In this document: in pieces, positions 1-10,989 of the stretch
How positions within the stretch are numbered: position 1 is the stretch's first letter
How the letters are laid out: each line of letters opens with the position of its first letter
Assembly: GCA_951406725.2 (NCBI GenBank)
Contig: OX597832.1
Coordinates: forward strand, 35,836,001-35,900,000
Direction of reading: 5' to 3'
Length of the DNA: 64,000 nucleotides
Source: Octopus vulgaris
Taxonomy: Eukaryota
Position numbers and translations under genes: made by a program
The notes under the pieces: generated by a model
The model's input: the letters and a program-made list of their open reading frames with translations, nothing else
What the model was told of the DNA's origin: nothing
Database searches by the model: none

Positions 1-96
1 TGGTTCCAGATTGCGGAGTAGCATTACAGGAGTTCCAACTTTAAGTGCTAATATGTGTGGAGGTAGTCCAGGAGGCTCCAGTGAATTGAGAAATTC
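1..96 (-). mobile_element. Helitron RepHel PIF1-type helicase fragment, running off the window edge
   Basis: Minus strand translates [32 protein letters not shown], matching the PIF1/Helitron helicase motif EFLNSL.P.GLPPH.L.LKVG.P.MLLRNL. Confidence 0.85.
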
Positions 97-184
97 CACC
101 ACCACCACCACAGCCACCACCGTCACCACCACCACCACCACCGCCACCACCACCACCACCACCACCACCACCACCACCACCACC

Positions 185-216
<32 letters not shown>

Positions 217-250
217 CAACAACAACAGCAACAACGACAACAACAACAGC
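96..250. repeat. (ACC)n/(AAC)n compound microsatellite
   Basis: Direct inspection. Confidence 0.95.
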
Positions 251-864
251 AACGATATCGTCGTTTTGCCATCTCCCATAACTGCCAACAACAACACCAC
301 TACTACAACCTCAACCACTGCAAGTGACACCAACACTACCACCAAAAACAAATCCAATTTTGCACAAGCGTAAAAATAAAAAAAGACAATACTAAACTTC
401 AAAAGTTTGTGTTTGGATAATATTTTTTATGTAAAAGTTGTGCAACAACTAAAGCATTCAGTTGTGCAAATTCTTTGCACGGGAAACCTTCCCTGTGTGG
501 CGTGTTTCCCGATTTTGTAGAATTTGCTTTCGGCTTTCTTAGCCATTTCTGTTTTGGCGACTTCAAAGCCATGAAGTCGTTGTCGAGAAGAACGCTGGTC
601 TCCTTGACAACGCTTACGACGTTGATTTCCCTACCCTGCCTTCCCCACAGCTTCATGAAGGAGGGAGGAAGGGGAGAAGCAACACAGGTGCAGGTGCGAG
701 CATTGGACGCCGACACACGAAGAATTGGAAGAACCCAGATGACAGCTTCACAGTCAAAGGACAACTCTGCCACAAACACCACCACCATCACCACGACCAA
801 CACCACCACCACCACCACCACCACTACCACCACATATATATGTGTGTGTGTGTGTGTGTACTGA

Positions 865-930
865 TGAATCTACTGACGAAGGATTACATAAGTAATTTAT
901 TTGGTAATAGAAGAAACCAGTATATGATTA
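865..930 (+). ncRNA. Degenerate minimal hammerhead ribozyme-like motif (Penelope pLTR type)
   Basis: CUGACGA at 873-879, GAAA at 913-916, near-palindromic ACCAGU then A, stem I aatc-ta/taTgatt; stem II closing pairs are broken. Confidence 0.45.
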
Positions 931-1006
931 ATTCTTGATTTTTGTATAATTTTCATCTGTCTTGCCCACCTATATTCTGGTGTTCGCTGAATTTTCTCTG
1001 GAGAAC

Positions 1007-1149
<143 letters not shown>

Positions 1150-1150
1150 A

Positions 1151-1281
1151 AAATCTACCAGATAGATGGAAGAGCATTGTAGAAACTGAATGAGAGTATA
1201 TTTCAGATTAAAAAACTTTGTTTATCTGACTTTTGAAAAAGAAAAGAAGTATATAAAAAAATGCATTATTTATGGGATGAC

Positions 1282-1287
<6 letters not shown>
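1151..1287 (+). mobile_element. mariner 3' end with terminal inverted repeat
   Basis: Translates [17 protein letters not shown], a mariner C-terminus; ends aatgcattatttatgggatgacccaata, whose reverse complement resembles the 5' TIR at 41331. Confidence 0.7.
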
Positions 1288-1337
<50 letters not shown>

Positions 1338-1737
1338 ATTTTGTGCATGTAATTGCATATAAATCTAAATTTAAAAAACAAAAAAAGTGAAAAGTTATTT
1401 ACATGATATGTTATGCATGAAGACTTAGAAGTTTTTGGTTTGGAATCCAGGTGCAAATCTAGCCTACAAGGGTGGAATGGATTAAGCTGTGCTGAAAACA
1501 TCTAACTCAGTTCATGGAGAACTCTGACAGAAAATCCAGAGGCATTTTCTTCATAGAGTTTGTGGTAAACTTTTGCACAAACTTTGTGGTGTCAGCATTT
1601 CTAAAATATATGGATGGTCTGACACAAGTCTTCACAAATCATCTGCGTGGGTAGTCTAACAACTATTTAAGGGTGTTAGGCATTTCATACATTGAGATTA
1701 ATGGAACAATCCACTATACATACATACATACATATAT

Positions 1738-1779
<42 letters not shown>

Positions 1780-1784
<5 letters not shown>

Positions 1785-2143
1785 ATATAAACGGCAGTTT
1801 GTCTGTGTGCGTGTCTGTGTGTCTGTTAGGTTGTACCTCACCCTGACCACGGCTTTCAACCGATTCTGATGAAACTTGACACACACATAGCCCAATGTCA
1901 TAATTCAAAACTAACGCAGCGAAAATTTTGAAAAGTTCCCCAGTTCTGAAAAAATCGATAAATTCGACATGGGGTCGAGAATCAGAAACCAAACCACAGA
2001 CCGTCTAGGGGACGCAACTCCACCTTTTTTAACTCTCAAAAAAATTTACCATAATTTTTTTCCATTTCTTGCTATTTTTGGCTATAACTCTCTAAAAATG
2101 CTTTATAGTTATTTCCTTACAAACCTGAGCAACGCGGATACTA

Positions 2144-2144
<1 letters not shown>
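1780..2144 (+). mobile_element. Non-autonomous Helitron-like element inserted in (AT)n
   Basis: 5' TC start (tctctatataaacggcag), 3' CTAG end after a degenerate GC-rich subterminal hairpin, inserted between A and T. Confidence 0.7.
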
Positions 2145-2179
<35 letters not shown>

Positions 2180-3314
2180 TATATACGTGTGTGTTTGTGT
2201 GTGTTTGTGTGCATGAATTTATGTGTTTATATATATGTAATTTTCTATCTATAGATATATATACATATACACACTCACATACACACATATATAAATTGAA
2301 AGAGAAAGTGAGAGTGGGGGCAGCAGTACCTTTTATTGCTGCTACAGAATAAAATATATCTCTCCCCTCAAGGTATCATCCATTAAAGAAAGTGGGGGAT
2401 TTATTTAAAACCTCCTTTTTTCTATAAAAGGGAAAATAAAAGTTTTCCACTAAGACAACAGAATTTTAATCTGCACGGCATTTATCTTCATTGTTTGACA
2501 GTTGGTGCCATCTGTTGCACAACAGTTTGCACTTGATAATGCATTATCAATATGTTAGATTTATTAGTTTGCCAAAAGCTGGCTTCGTTAAACTGGCAGA
2601 TGCATTAGTTGGGGAGATGTGACACATTGGTGAAAATAACTAACTCCAAGAGGTGGACAAAAATAAAAACACTAATATCAAAATGAAATTCAAGATATTT
2701 CAGAATAAAAAACCACGACTGTTCTTGTTTGCAATGAACTGATTCTTCCAGTTGAAGTCTTTTCTCAGTTCATTAGGTTGTAGTGGAAGTAATTCGTAGA
2801 ATAAAATGACAAATTATACAGAGACTGGATGGAAACCAAACAGATTGTAATAAATCCATGGAAAGAAGTGGAATATTAAACAGTAAAAAAAAAAAGACAA
2901 AAAAAAAAACCATTTAGATATACAAAAGGAAACTGAAAATTCAATAAAAATCTTTAATAAAAATTAATAATTACATAAAATATCATTATTTGTGATTTGA
3001 ATGTGGAACAGAAAAATAGTCTGACCGAATAAGTTCATGTATTGAAGTAAACAGAATTAGTAAACAGTTGATGATGATCTCAGTTGGTATAGATCGAATG
3101 AGGGGGTAAGTATACCAAAATGAGACTAATATTAGGTGTAAATGGCAAAGGAGAATTTCTTCAGTCATTTCAATTTATTAGGAATATTTTGTGTTTGACC
3201 TTCAGTCTATAATTTAGCTTAATTACTCTATTATAGACTGGGTGATCAAATTACAGATTATATTTTAAAATAATTTACTTTAATTAGAGGTTATAATATC
3301 TTAGTTAATTTGTA

Positions 3315-3525
3315 AGGCAATGAGTGCTGGAAGAGTTGTTAGCACACCGGGCAAATACTTTGTGGCATTTAATCTATCTTTACATTCTGAGTTCAAATTC
3401 CACCAAGGTTGACTTTGTTTTTCATCCTTTCAGCATTGATAAAATAAGTATCATTTGAGTATAGGGGTCAATATAATTGACTTACTCCCACCCCAAGATT
3501 GCTGGCCTTGTACTAAAATTTGAAA
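3315..3525 (+). mobile_element. SINE with Meta-domain-like core
   Basis: Core ttgactttg..tttcatcctttcag..gataaaataagta is shared with copies at 37955, 56925, 57147 and 57578. Confidence 0.65.
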
Positions 3526-4096
3526 CTATCATCTTAGTTAATTTACATCTTAATTGCTACTTAATAATGAACTGTTTCTGTTTTAGATCAAGTCTTACTC
3601 TTCAGTTCATGCTTACTGCAGGAACTGGATTCTTTGGGCAAACACTTGTTGTTTGGCTCTGAACCAAAGACAATCCAGTCATAACCAACCCATCTTTTTT
3701 TTCAGATCTATCTAGAATTAATTTATCTTATGACTCTCTTTTAAAAATAGCATTGTGTAACTTGAGGGAAGTTTGACTAATATTTCTTGTAAATTGAGTT
3801 GCTATGTAGATATTTTCTCATTGGTTCAAGTATTGAAACCCACGACCACCACCACCACCACTACATCTTTGATTTGTGCAAGCCATCTTGGTCCCCATGT
3901 TGATAAAATAAAAATAGGTTCCACAAACTGCACTGGGTACATAATACTGTGGCACCAACATTAGTGAGGTTGCCTTGTAACTCACAAGACTGAAGTATGT
4001 ACTCTACTGTAAGGAAGTGGGGAAAGTGAGGTTGTAGAAGAGGTTGGGCTTAGGATGAGATGATAACAGAAAGAGCAGTTTGAAGGTGAGAGAATG

Positions 4097-4152
<56 letters not shown>

Positions 4153-4462
4153 CAGATCATGAAATTGGAAATTTTTGGTGTTATTTATTAACCTACAATA
4201 ATTCTGCAAATAATATTTCCATAATTCTCGATCTCAATATATATTTTGAACTAACATAAAACAGCCACTGAGATTACATATTGGATTGTAATAATAGAAA
4301 AAAACAGATTTGCTTCAAGAGGAAAGAGCAGGGATTTACAATAACTACATGTACAATATATATACATGAGGATGATGATGATGATGATGACATATACATG
4401 TGCATATGTATAATATATATATGTGTGTGTGTGTGCATGTATATGTATGCATGTATGTATAT

Positions 4463-4755
4463 GAGGATGCATGGCCTAGTGGTTAGGGTGCTGCACTCAC
4501 GATCGTGAAATTATGGTTTCAATTCCTAGACCGGGTGGTGCATTGTGTTGTTGAGCAAGACACTTCATCTCAGATTGCTCTGCAATCATTTTGACACCTG
4601 ACGTGTAGTACACCATGCACCTGTTCAGGTAAAGTCAATTTTATGGAGTGAGCTGACATAGAGCTCATACATTTGGTTGCCAAAAGCAAATCATTTGTAC
4701 AAGTTGTTTGGCTAAAGTGGACACTCATATGTCACCTTCGACAGGAAAGTCCATC
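4463..4755 (+). mobile_element. tRNA-derived SINE
   Basis: A-box tggcctagtggttagg and B-box-like ggtttcaattcc, followed by the ttgagcaagacactt motif. Confidence 0.7.
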
Positions 4756-4812
4756 ATATATACATATATACATATATACATATATACATGCATACATACA
4801 TACATATATATA

Positions 4813-4947
4813 CTAGGGGTTACCCCAAATAAGCCGTAATTTTGCAATGTTATTTTATTCACTTAGTTTTACATGTTTGCACTTTTATCGCCTTCAAAGT
4901 ATTCTCCATTTGAAGCAATGCATTGCTCCAGATGTGTTTTCCACTGT
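4813..4947 (-). mobile_element. mariner 3' end fragment with TIR
   Basis: Minus strand QWKTHLEQCIASNGEYFEGDK, a typical mariner C-terminus; terminus abuts TA repeats. Confidence 0.7.
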
Positions 4948-6485
4948 ACTGGATTACAACATGTAATCCAGTACAACCTGCTGGATCACCAGTGACTAAA
5001 CTAGCAACCGCACTAAGCTTACCCAGTGAGGAGGGTGACTGGGTACGCTGCAGGATGAAAAATAAAACCTGTCAAAGGAAGGATAAACTCATTAAAGTCA
5101 GCAGCCAGCCAATACTGTGCACACAAGTTTGGTCCTGCTATTCCTCATGAACAGTGCTAGGTCCTGCAGCAACCATAGACACACTGATGACTTTGGTGCA
5201 GAAAACACGGTGACTGTGCAGAGGACTGACATTATTTTCAACAGTAGACCGGCACAACAGGGTCAGTCAGTAGAGAACCATCAGAATGGGAATGTAGGCA
5301 TGGTGTGCCACATTACTGGATTGAAGTAACCCCCATAACTTGTCTGGACATTGTTTTAGGGCAAAGAAAACTCTGATGTAAAACCTGTGACTTGATGGCA
5401 GCCAATGATGTTGCGTTGTTCGTTTTGGGGTGTTTTTCATCAGAGAGTGGGATTAATTGTATGCAAGACCTCTCCTTACTTTAAAAAGCATCATGCACAG
5501 GCATCGCTTGACTCACCAGCATTGTCATCCTATACACAAGAATGAGGAAGCAGCCATCATGTATGTATGAGTACATGTGTATGTATGTAATATCGACATA
5601 TGTATGTATGTATGTATGTATATATATGTATGCATGTTAACTGATGCTGTCAAAATATTGTTATATATTGTCTTATATTGATAAGCCTTCTGTTGAAAAT
5701 TTTCCTAACATGACTGCTCAAAGCATGTTATTGATATAGACATATAGATAGATGTGTGCATATGTACAGTTACATATACATGAATTTACTACAGAGATAT
5801 TTCCATAAACAGAAAATACTTATATATGGAAATATTTATAAGATTGTTAATATTATCAAATTTTAGTACTTCTATTAAATATATCTGAATTACTCAAATG
5901 GAACAATTTTGACAAGTTTTATAAAGGAAATACTAGCACGTTTCAATAAAAAAGTCAACACACATACAGACAGACTCGCATGCACACATATTGATACATA
6001 TATATATATATGCATATATACATGCGCATGTCCGGTGTCTGTGCACATGCATATGTGTGCATGTGTGTATGCATACACACACACACATATATATAAAAAC
6101 AGACACAAATTCATATATATACACACACATATATAAACATACATAAATATACATACACACTTATGCATGTGCACACACATGCACACACACACACATGCAT
6201 GCCCTCAACACATACATATAGAATAAAGCAATTTAAAGAGTATATATGATTTCTGAAAAATACCAGCAAGCCAGATGCATTTTAGGATTAAAAAATATAT
6301 GCATGTATATATATACTTTTATGCTTTATATAATATTACTTTTTTCACTTCCCATAAGTCAAAAAGATGAGAATATATGAAACAAAACCATTTCTGTTGA
6401 CAATAAGTTTGCAGGAATCATATAAAATATTACACAGAGCTTTTCTTTGAATGTGGCTGTTTTCAGTTTTGGAAAGTAATTTTCA

Positions 6486-6518
<33 letters not shown>

Positions 6519-6522
<4 letters not shown>

Positions 6523-6786
6523 GGAGATGTACTCGCATAGCAAGTGATTTGATCTGAGATCGTGTGATGAAACAAAAACAATTGCAGCATGGAAGGTATT
6601 TGTAAGCCATTTAAGAAACACACAAAAGCTGTTTGATTCACTTCAACATTTAAGTTTTGTCAGTGAACAGGTCGCGGATTTTAGCGGCGAAAATATTTTG
6701 ACAAATTAAACTTAAATGTTGAAGTGAATCGAATGGCTTTTGTGTGTTTCTTAAATGGCTTACAAACACCTTCCACGCTGCAATTG
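6519..6786. mobile_element. Fold-back element, probably a Penelope-like pLTR remnant, in (TA)n; inverted arms 6579-6662 and 6699-6786
   Basis: Arms of about 85 bp are reverse complements with few mismatches; the loop carries a hammerhead fold. Confidence 0.75.
6656..6705 (+). ncRNA. Minimal type-I hammerhead ribozyme variant with G3:C8 core
   Basis: Stem I tttgtca/tgacaaa, core GUGAACA plus one extra G, stem II gtcgc/gcggc, GAAA, palindromic stem III AAUAUU, UUU cleavage triplet. Confidence 0.65.
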
Positions 6787-6810
6787 CATATATATATACA
6801 TACATACATA

Positions 6811-7610
6811 CAGGAGTTGGACAAAATAATGGAAACACCTAGCATCATAGAATCATAATTTTAAAATATCTATAAAACTGCCAGAAGCTTGTTTATTTTT
6901 ATATTTTTTTATTTATTATTTGTATTGCTTAATATGTTTTGCTAAAATTGTTGTTTCTTATCAGATAACATCAGAAAAAGGTAATTAAGATTCATTAAAA
7001 TGACAGATCTATTGGACTTTGAAAGAGGTCAAATTGTTGGTGCTTGTATGGCAGGTGCTAGCATAACAAAAACAACCAAAATGTTTGGTGTATCAAGAAG
7101 TACTGTCTAGAAAGTAATGACAGCCTTTGAGAAAGAGGGAAAAAACCTCCTCGTCAAAGCAAAACTCCAGAAGAAAACCAAAACTTTCTGATAGGGACCA
7201 TCAGTACAGCTTCCAAAATTACTGCAGAGCTTAATGACCACCTTAACTCAGTTTCCACAAAAACTGTTCACTGTGCACAAAGCTAGATTTCATGAGAGGA
7301 CTGCAATCAGAAAACCACTACTTTCACAAACAAATGTTGCAAAGCATTTAGAGTAGAGTAAAAACCCACAGAATTGGTCCCTAGAGCAGTAGAAGAATGT
7401 TATTTTCTCAGACTAGTCATCCTTTACTTTATTGAACATTTATGGTGCACTTTAGAAAAACAAATAAGGAGTCGATATCCTTCACCATCATCACTACAAG
7501 AACTGGAGACTGTTTTAGCTGAAGAATGGACAAAAATTCCTTTGGAAAGAATTCAAACTTTGTACAAGTCCATACCTCATAGAATTCAAGCTGTAATTAC
7601 TGCCAAAGGC
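6811..7610 (+). mobile_element. Tc1 transposon relic with internally deleted transposase
   Basis: TA then caggagttggacaaaataatggaaacacc TIR; from 7000 MTDLLDFERGQIVGACMAGASITKTTKMFGVSRSTV*KV (HTH); C-terminus IEHLWCTLEKQIR...EEWTKIP...SIPHRIQAVITAKG; most of the DDE domain is missing. Confidence 0.9.
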
Positions 7611-7639
7611 ATATATATGCGTGTGTGTGTGTATGTGTG

Positions 7640-7862
7640 TATTAATCTGTGTGTGTGTCTTTGTGTCTGTGTTTGTCCCCTCATCACCACTTAACAACTG
7701 GTGTTGGTGAGTTTACATCCCCGTAACTTAGTGGTTTAGCTAAAGAGTGATAAGTAGTAGGCTTTAAAATATTAAGTCCTAGGGTTGGTTTTTGTGACTA
7801 AAATCTGTCAAGACGGTGCTCCAGCATGGCCACAGTCAAATGACTCAAATAAGTAAAAGAAT
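7640..7862 (+). mobile_element. SINE 3' half (family of 24383 and 29521)
   Basis: Shares gtgtttgtcccc...cggtgctccagcatggccacagtcaaatgact with other copies in the window. Confidence 0.75.
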
Positions 7863-8059
7863 AATATGTATGTATATGTATATCTCTGTCTGTCTCTCTC
7901 TCTCTATGTGAGTGTGCATGTTGTGTGTGTGTATGAGTATGGATGTATGTTTGTATGTACATATCTATATCTATCTATCCATCTCTATCTCTCTCTCTCT
8001 CTCTCTGTATATATCTATCTATCTATCTATCTATCTCTCTTTCTATATATGTGTGTGTA

Positions 8060-8148
<89 letters not shown>

Positions 8149-8359
8149 TTGTTTACTTAGAGTATTTGCATATTGTAATGAACAGAAGTATATTATTTGT
8201 GTAAGATTTGGTCAACTCTATATGGAAACATTAATCTAAATGTTTTTAGCTTCAGGACAAGAAACCATTGAAAATATTTCAATATTTACAGCAACAGGTT
8301 TTTGCAGTGAAATAGTTTTTTTCTCCTAAAATAGACATAAATGTAACAAATTCTAACAT

Positions 8360-8501
8360 CACTAACAACACCACCATTACAACCACTAAAACAACTACTG
8401 CCACAACCACGAAGACCATCATTAACATTACCATCCATACAGCCATCACTGCTACCACTATCACCACTACTACTACTGCTACAACGGCGGCCATAATTTT
8501 T

Positions 8502-8546
<45 letters not shown>

Positions 8547-8555
8547 GTACTACTA

Positions 8556-8589
<34 letters not shown>

Positions 8590-8775
8590 CGCTGCCGCCT
8601 CCACCACCACCACCAAAACCACCACCACCATCAACACCACCACCACCACCACCATCACCACCACCACTTCCAAAAGTATTTGCTCCTATCACTGCTGCAA
8701 TCACTACTACCACCACTGCCACCACCATTACTATTATTACCACCACCACCACCACCACCACCACAAGCACCATCA
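8360..8775. repeat. Compound trinucleotide low-complexity tract (ACT/GCT/ACC)
   Basis: Direct inspection. Confidence 0.9.
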
Positions 8776-9549
8776 AAAATTCATAAGACAAAGTAGCTTT
8801 TGTTACCCTCAAAATGAAAAGATGGTCCCAAGTGGAGAACTTTGATTATAGAAGTGTTAAATTAAGATTCACCTGAGTTTAAACAACGACAGCAAGAAAC
8901 AGTATCAAAATATTTCCATTCCATATGACATCTTATAAGTCATCTTATTTTAATTGTCATTTGTCTAATGACAATCATGACTAATTAAAAAAAAATTTGG
9001 TGGTCACAATTATGCCAGAGCACATCATCATTGTTCCACAGCTCATCATTACTGCAGCACAGCCACACACTACCATTGCTATTCAACACATTACCTCTGC
9101 TACTGAATGCACAAGTGGTGCTACACATCACTGTTACTACAACACAAAGCTCCATCCCTTCCACTCAAGACTCCGTATAGACTTCTTTGTTCCTCCTTCA
9201 TACAATGATCAACTACTTCATTCCTCAGTGCACTCACGACACAAATGTTTGCAGTCACAGACCCACCTCCCTCTTGTCTACTCACATTTCATTATTCAAC
9301 TCAGATAAAACAAACTGACCAATACATGACCATTTAACCTGCTTGAAGTATCTGTCAAGTGGGACTAATGTCTTAAAAAAATGGATGGGGCACATTGGAT
9401 AATATAATCTTAAATATGCTACGTCCAAGAAAAAGACAGGTTGGTAAAGGGCAGAATGCCTTTTAGGGTAAATTTCTGCTCTGTTAGGTTTGGGCTACAG
9501 TTAGATGAATATGCAAGATGAGAATGGAATATAGTGAAAATATTCTATA

Positions 9550-9795
9550 GTAACAGACATGTGCTGTGGTAGAAGCATACAGCAACAGATGAGTGCTGTG
9601 GTAGACATATGCCAACAGATGTGTGCAGTGGTAGATAGCAACAGATGAGTGCATTGGTAGACACAGCAACAGATGAGTGCATTGGTAGACACAAACAGCA
9701 ACAGATGAGTGCATTGGTAGACACAGCAACAGATGAGTGTAGTGGTAGATAGCAACAGATGAGTGCATTGATAAACACAGCAACAGACAGGTGGA
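9550..9795. repeat. Minisatellite, 26-32 bp unit agcaacagatgagtgcattggtagacac, about 8-9 copies
   Basis: Direct inspection of tandem units. Confidence 0.9.
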
Positions 9796-9919
9796 GTGCT
9801 GAGTCAAAAGTTTTTTCAGATTTTTGCTGATAATTTTTGCCAACTTGTATCTCCTTCTTACATCATTCATTTGAGACATTTTGTCCAGTTGTAGCTGAAT
9901 CGGTCATTCTTCATTTTCA

Positions 9920-10083
9920 TTCTTTTACTTTTTTACTTGTTTCAGTCATTTGACTGTGGCCATGCTGGAGCACCGCCTTTAGTCGAGTAAATCGATCCCA
10001 GCACTTATTCTTTGTAAGCCTAGTACTTATTCTATCAGTCTCTTTTGCCGAACTGCTAAGTTACGGGGACATAAACACACCGG
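9920..10083 (-). mobile_element. SINE 3' half
   Basis: Reverse complement of the tail seen at 7700-7860 and 29800-29959. Confidence 0.8.
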
Positions 10084-10084
10084 T

Positions 10085-10989
10085 GAAATGAGTGGTGAAA
10101 AAATTGCAATTACTGCCATTTTATGCTACATGTGGAGGATTGAGAGCAAAATTAATGATGTGGGAGGCCGAGGAACTGTCAACAAAAATCTGGTTCAGAT
10201 GTTTCAAAGAAGATGACACCAACCTTGAAGACAAACCAAGGTGAAGAAGACCTTCTGATGAAGACTTGCTTGAAATGGTTGAACAACAGCCAAGCACAAG
10301 CAACTGCTGGAAAATCCTCAAGATGCCCATTTTTGGTATCAAATTGTAACTGTGGATGAAAAATGAATCTATTTTTATAATCTTAATAAAAGAAATCAGT
10401 AGCTTCATTCTTACCAGGCTTCAGAACCTGTTGTCAAACAAAAGGTCATATTGTGTGTTTGGTGGAATTTTGAGGGGTTGTTGCACATTAAGCTTGTCCC
10501 AGATAGTCATGCTGTGAATGCTGACCTTTATGCACGACTGAAGCAAGTATACGATGCTTTGGAGGCCCACTACCCATATTGGTAAATCAAAGATGCAGAC
10601 TCCTATAGCATTACAGTGCCCCAGCACACACTGCCATTGTGACCAAGTGCAAACTAACGGAACTTGGTGAGCTGGAATTGCAATCTCACCCTGCCAACAG
10701 ACCAGATCTTGCACCAACAGATTACAACCTTTTCTGAGCCATGGCTCATTTCTTGTGTGGATAGAGGTTCAACAATGTGGATGAGGTTGAAAAAAGGTGC
10801 AGGGAAATTTTTGCCTCTAAACCAGCCAAATGCTACGAGTGTGGAACTGAGCTCCTGGCACATCGATGATATCAGACAATGGAATATGCTTGGATGTAGT
10901 TTGATGAATAAACACTTTTTGCATGTATTTTGTTTGAATTACTAATTAAAGCTTGAAATATGGAAAAAAAATCCTTTGACTCAACCTAG
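10085..10989 (+). mobile_element. Degenerate mariner transposon
   Basis: WFRCFKEDDTNLEDKPR, QIVTVDEK*IYF, KVILCVWWNFEG and a PDLAPTDYNLF-like motif, with stops and frameshifts. Confidence 0.85.

Noticed and set aside
11-864. ORFs 11-373, 399-833 and 475-864
   Set aside because: They are open mainly because of trinucleotide microsatellites; the real coding signal is on the minus strand at 1-96.
4463-4535. tRNA gene
   Set aside because: It is the degenerate tRNA-like head of a SINE and lacks an intact cloverleaf.
9550-9795. CRISPR-like array
   Set aside because: Eukaryotic context, linkers are short and related rather than unique spacers, and there are no cas genes.
10255-10280. CTGATGA...GAAA motif
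   Set aside because: It lies inside mariner coding sequence and lacks stems I and III, so it is a chance match.
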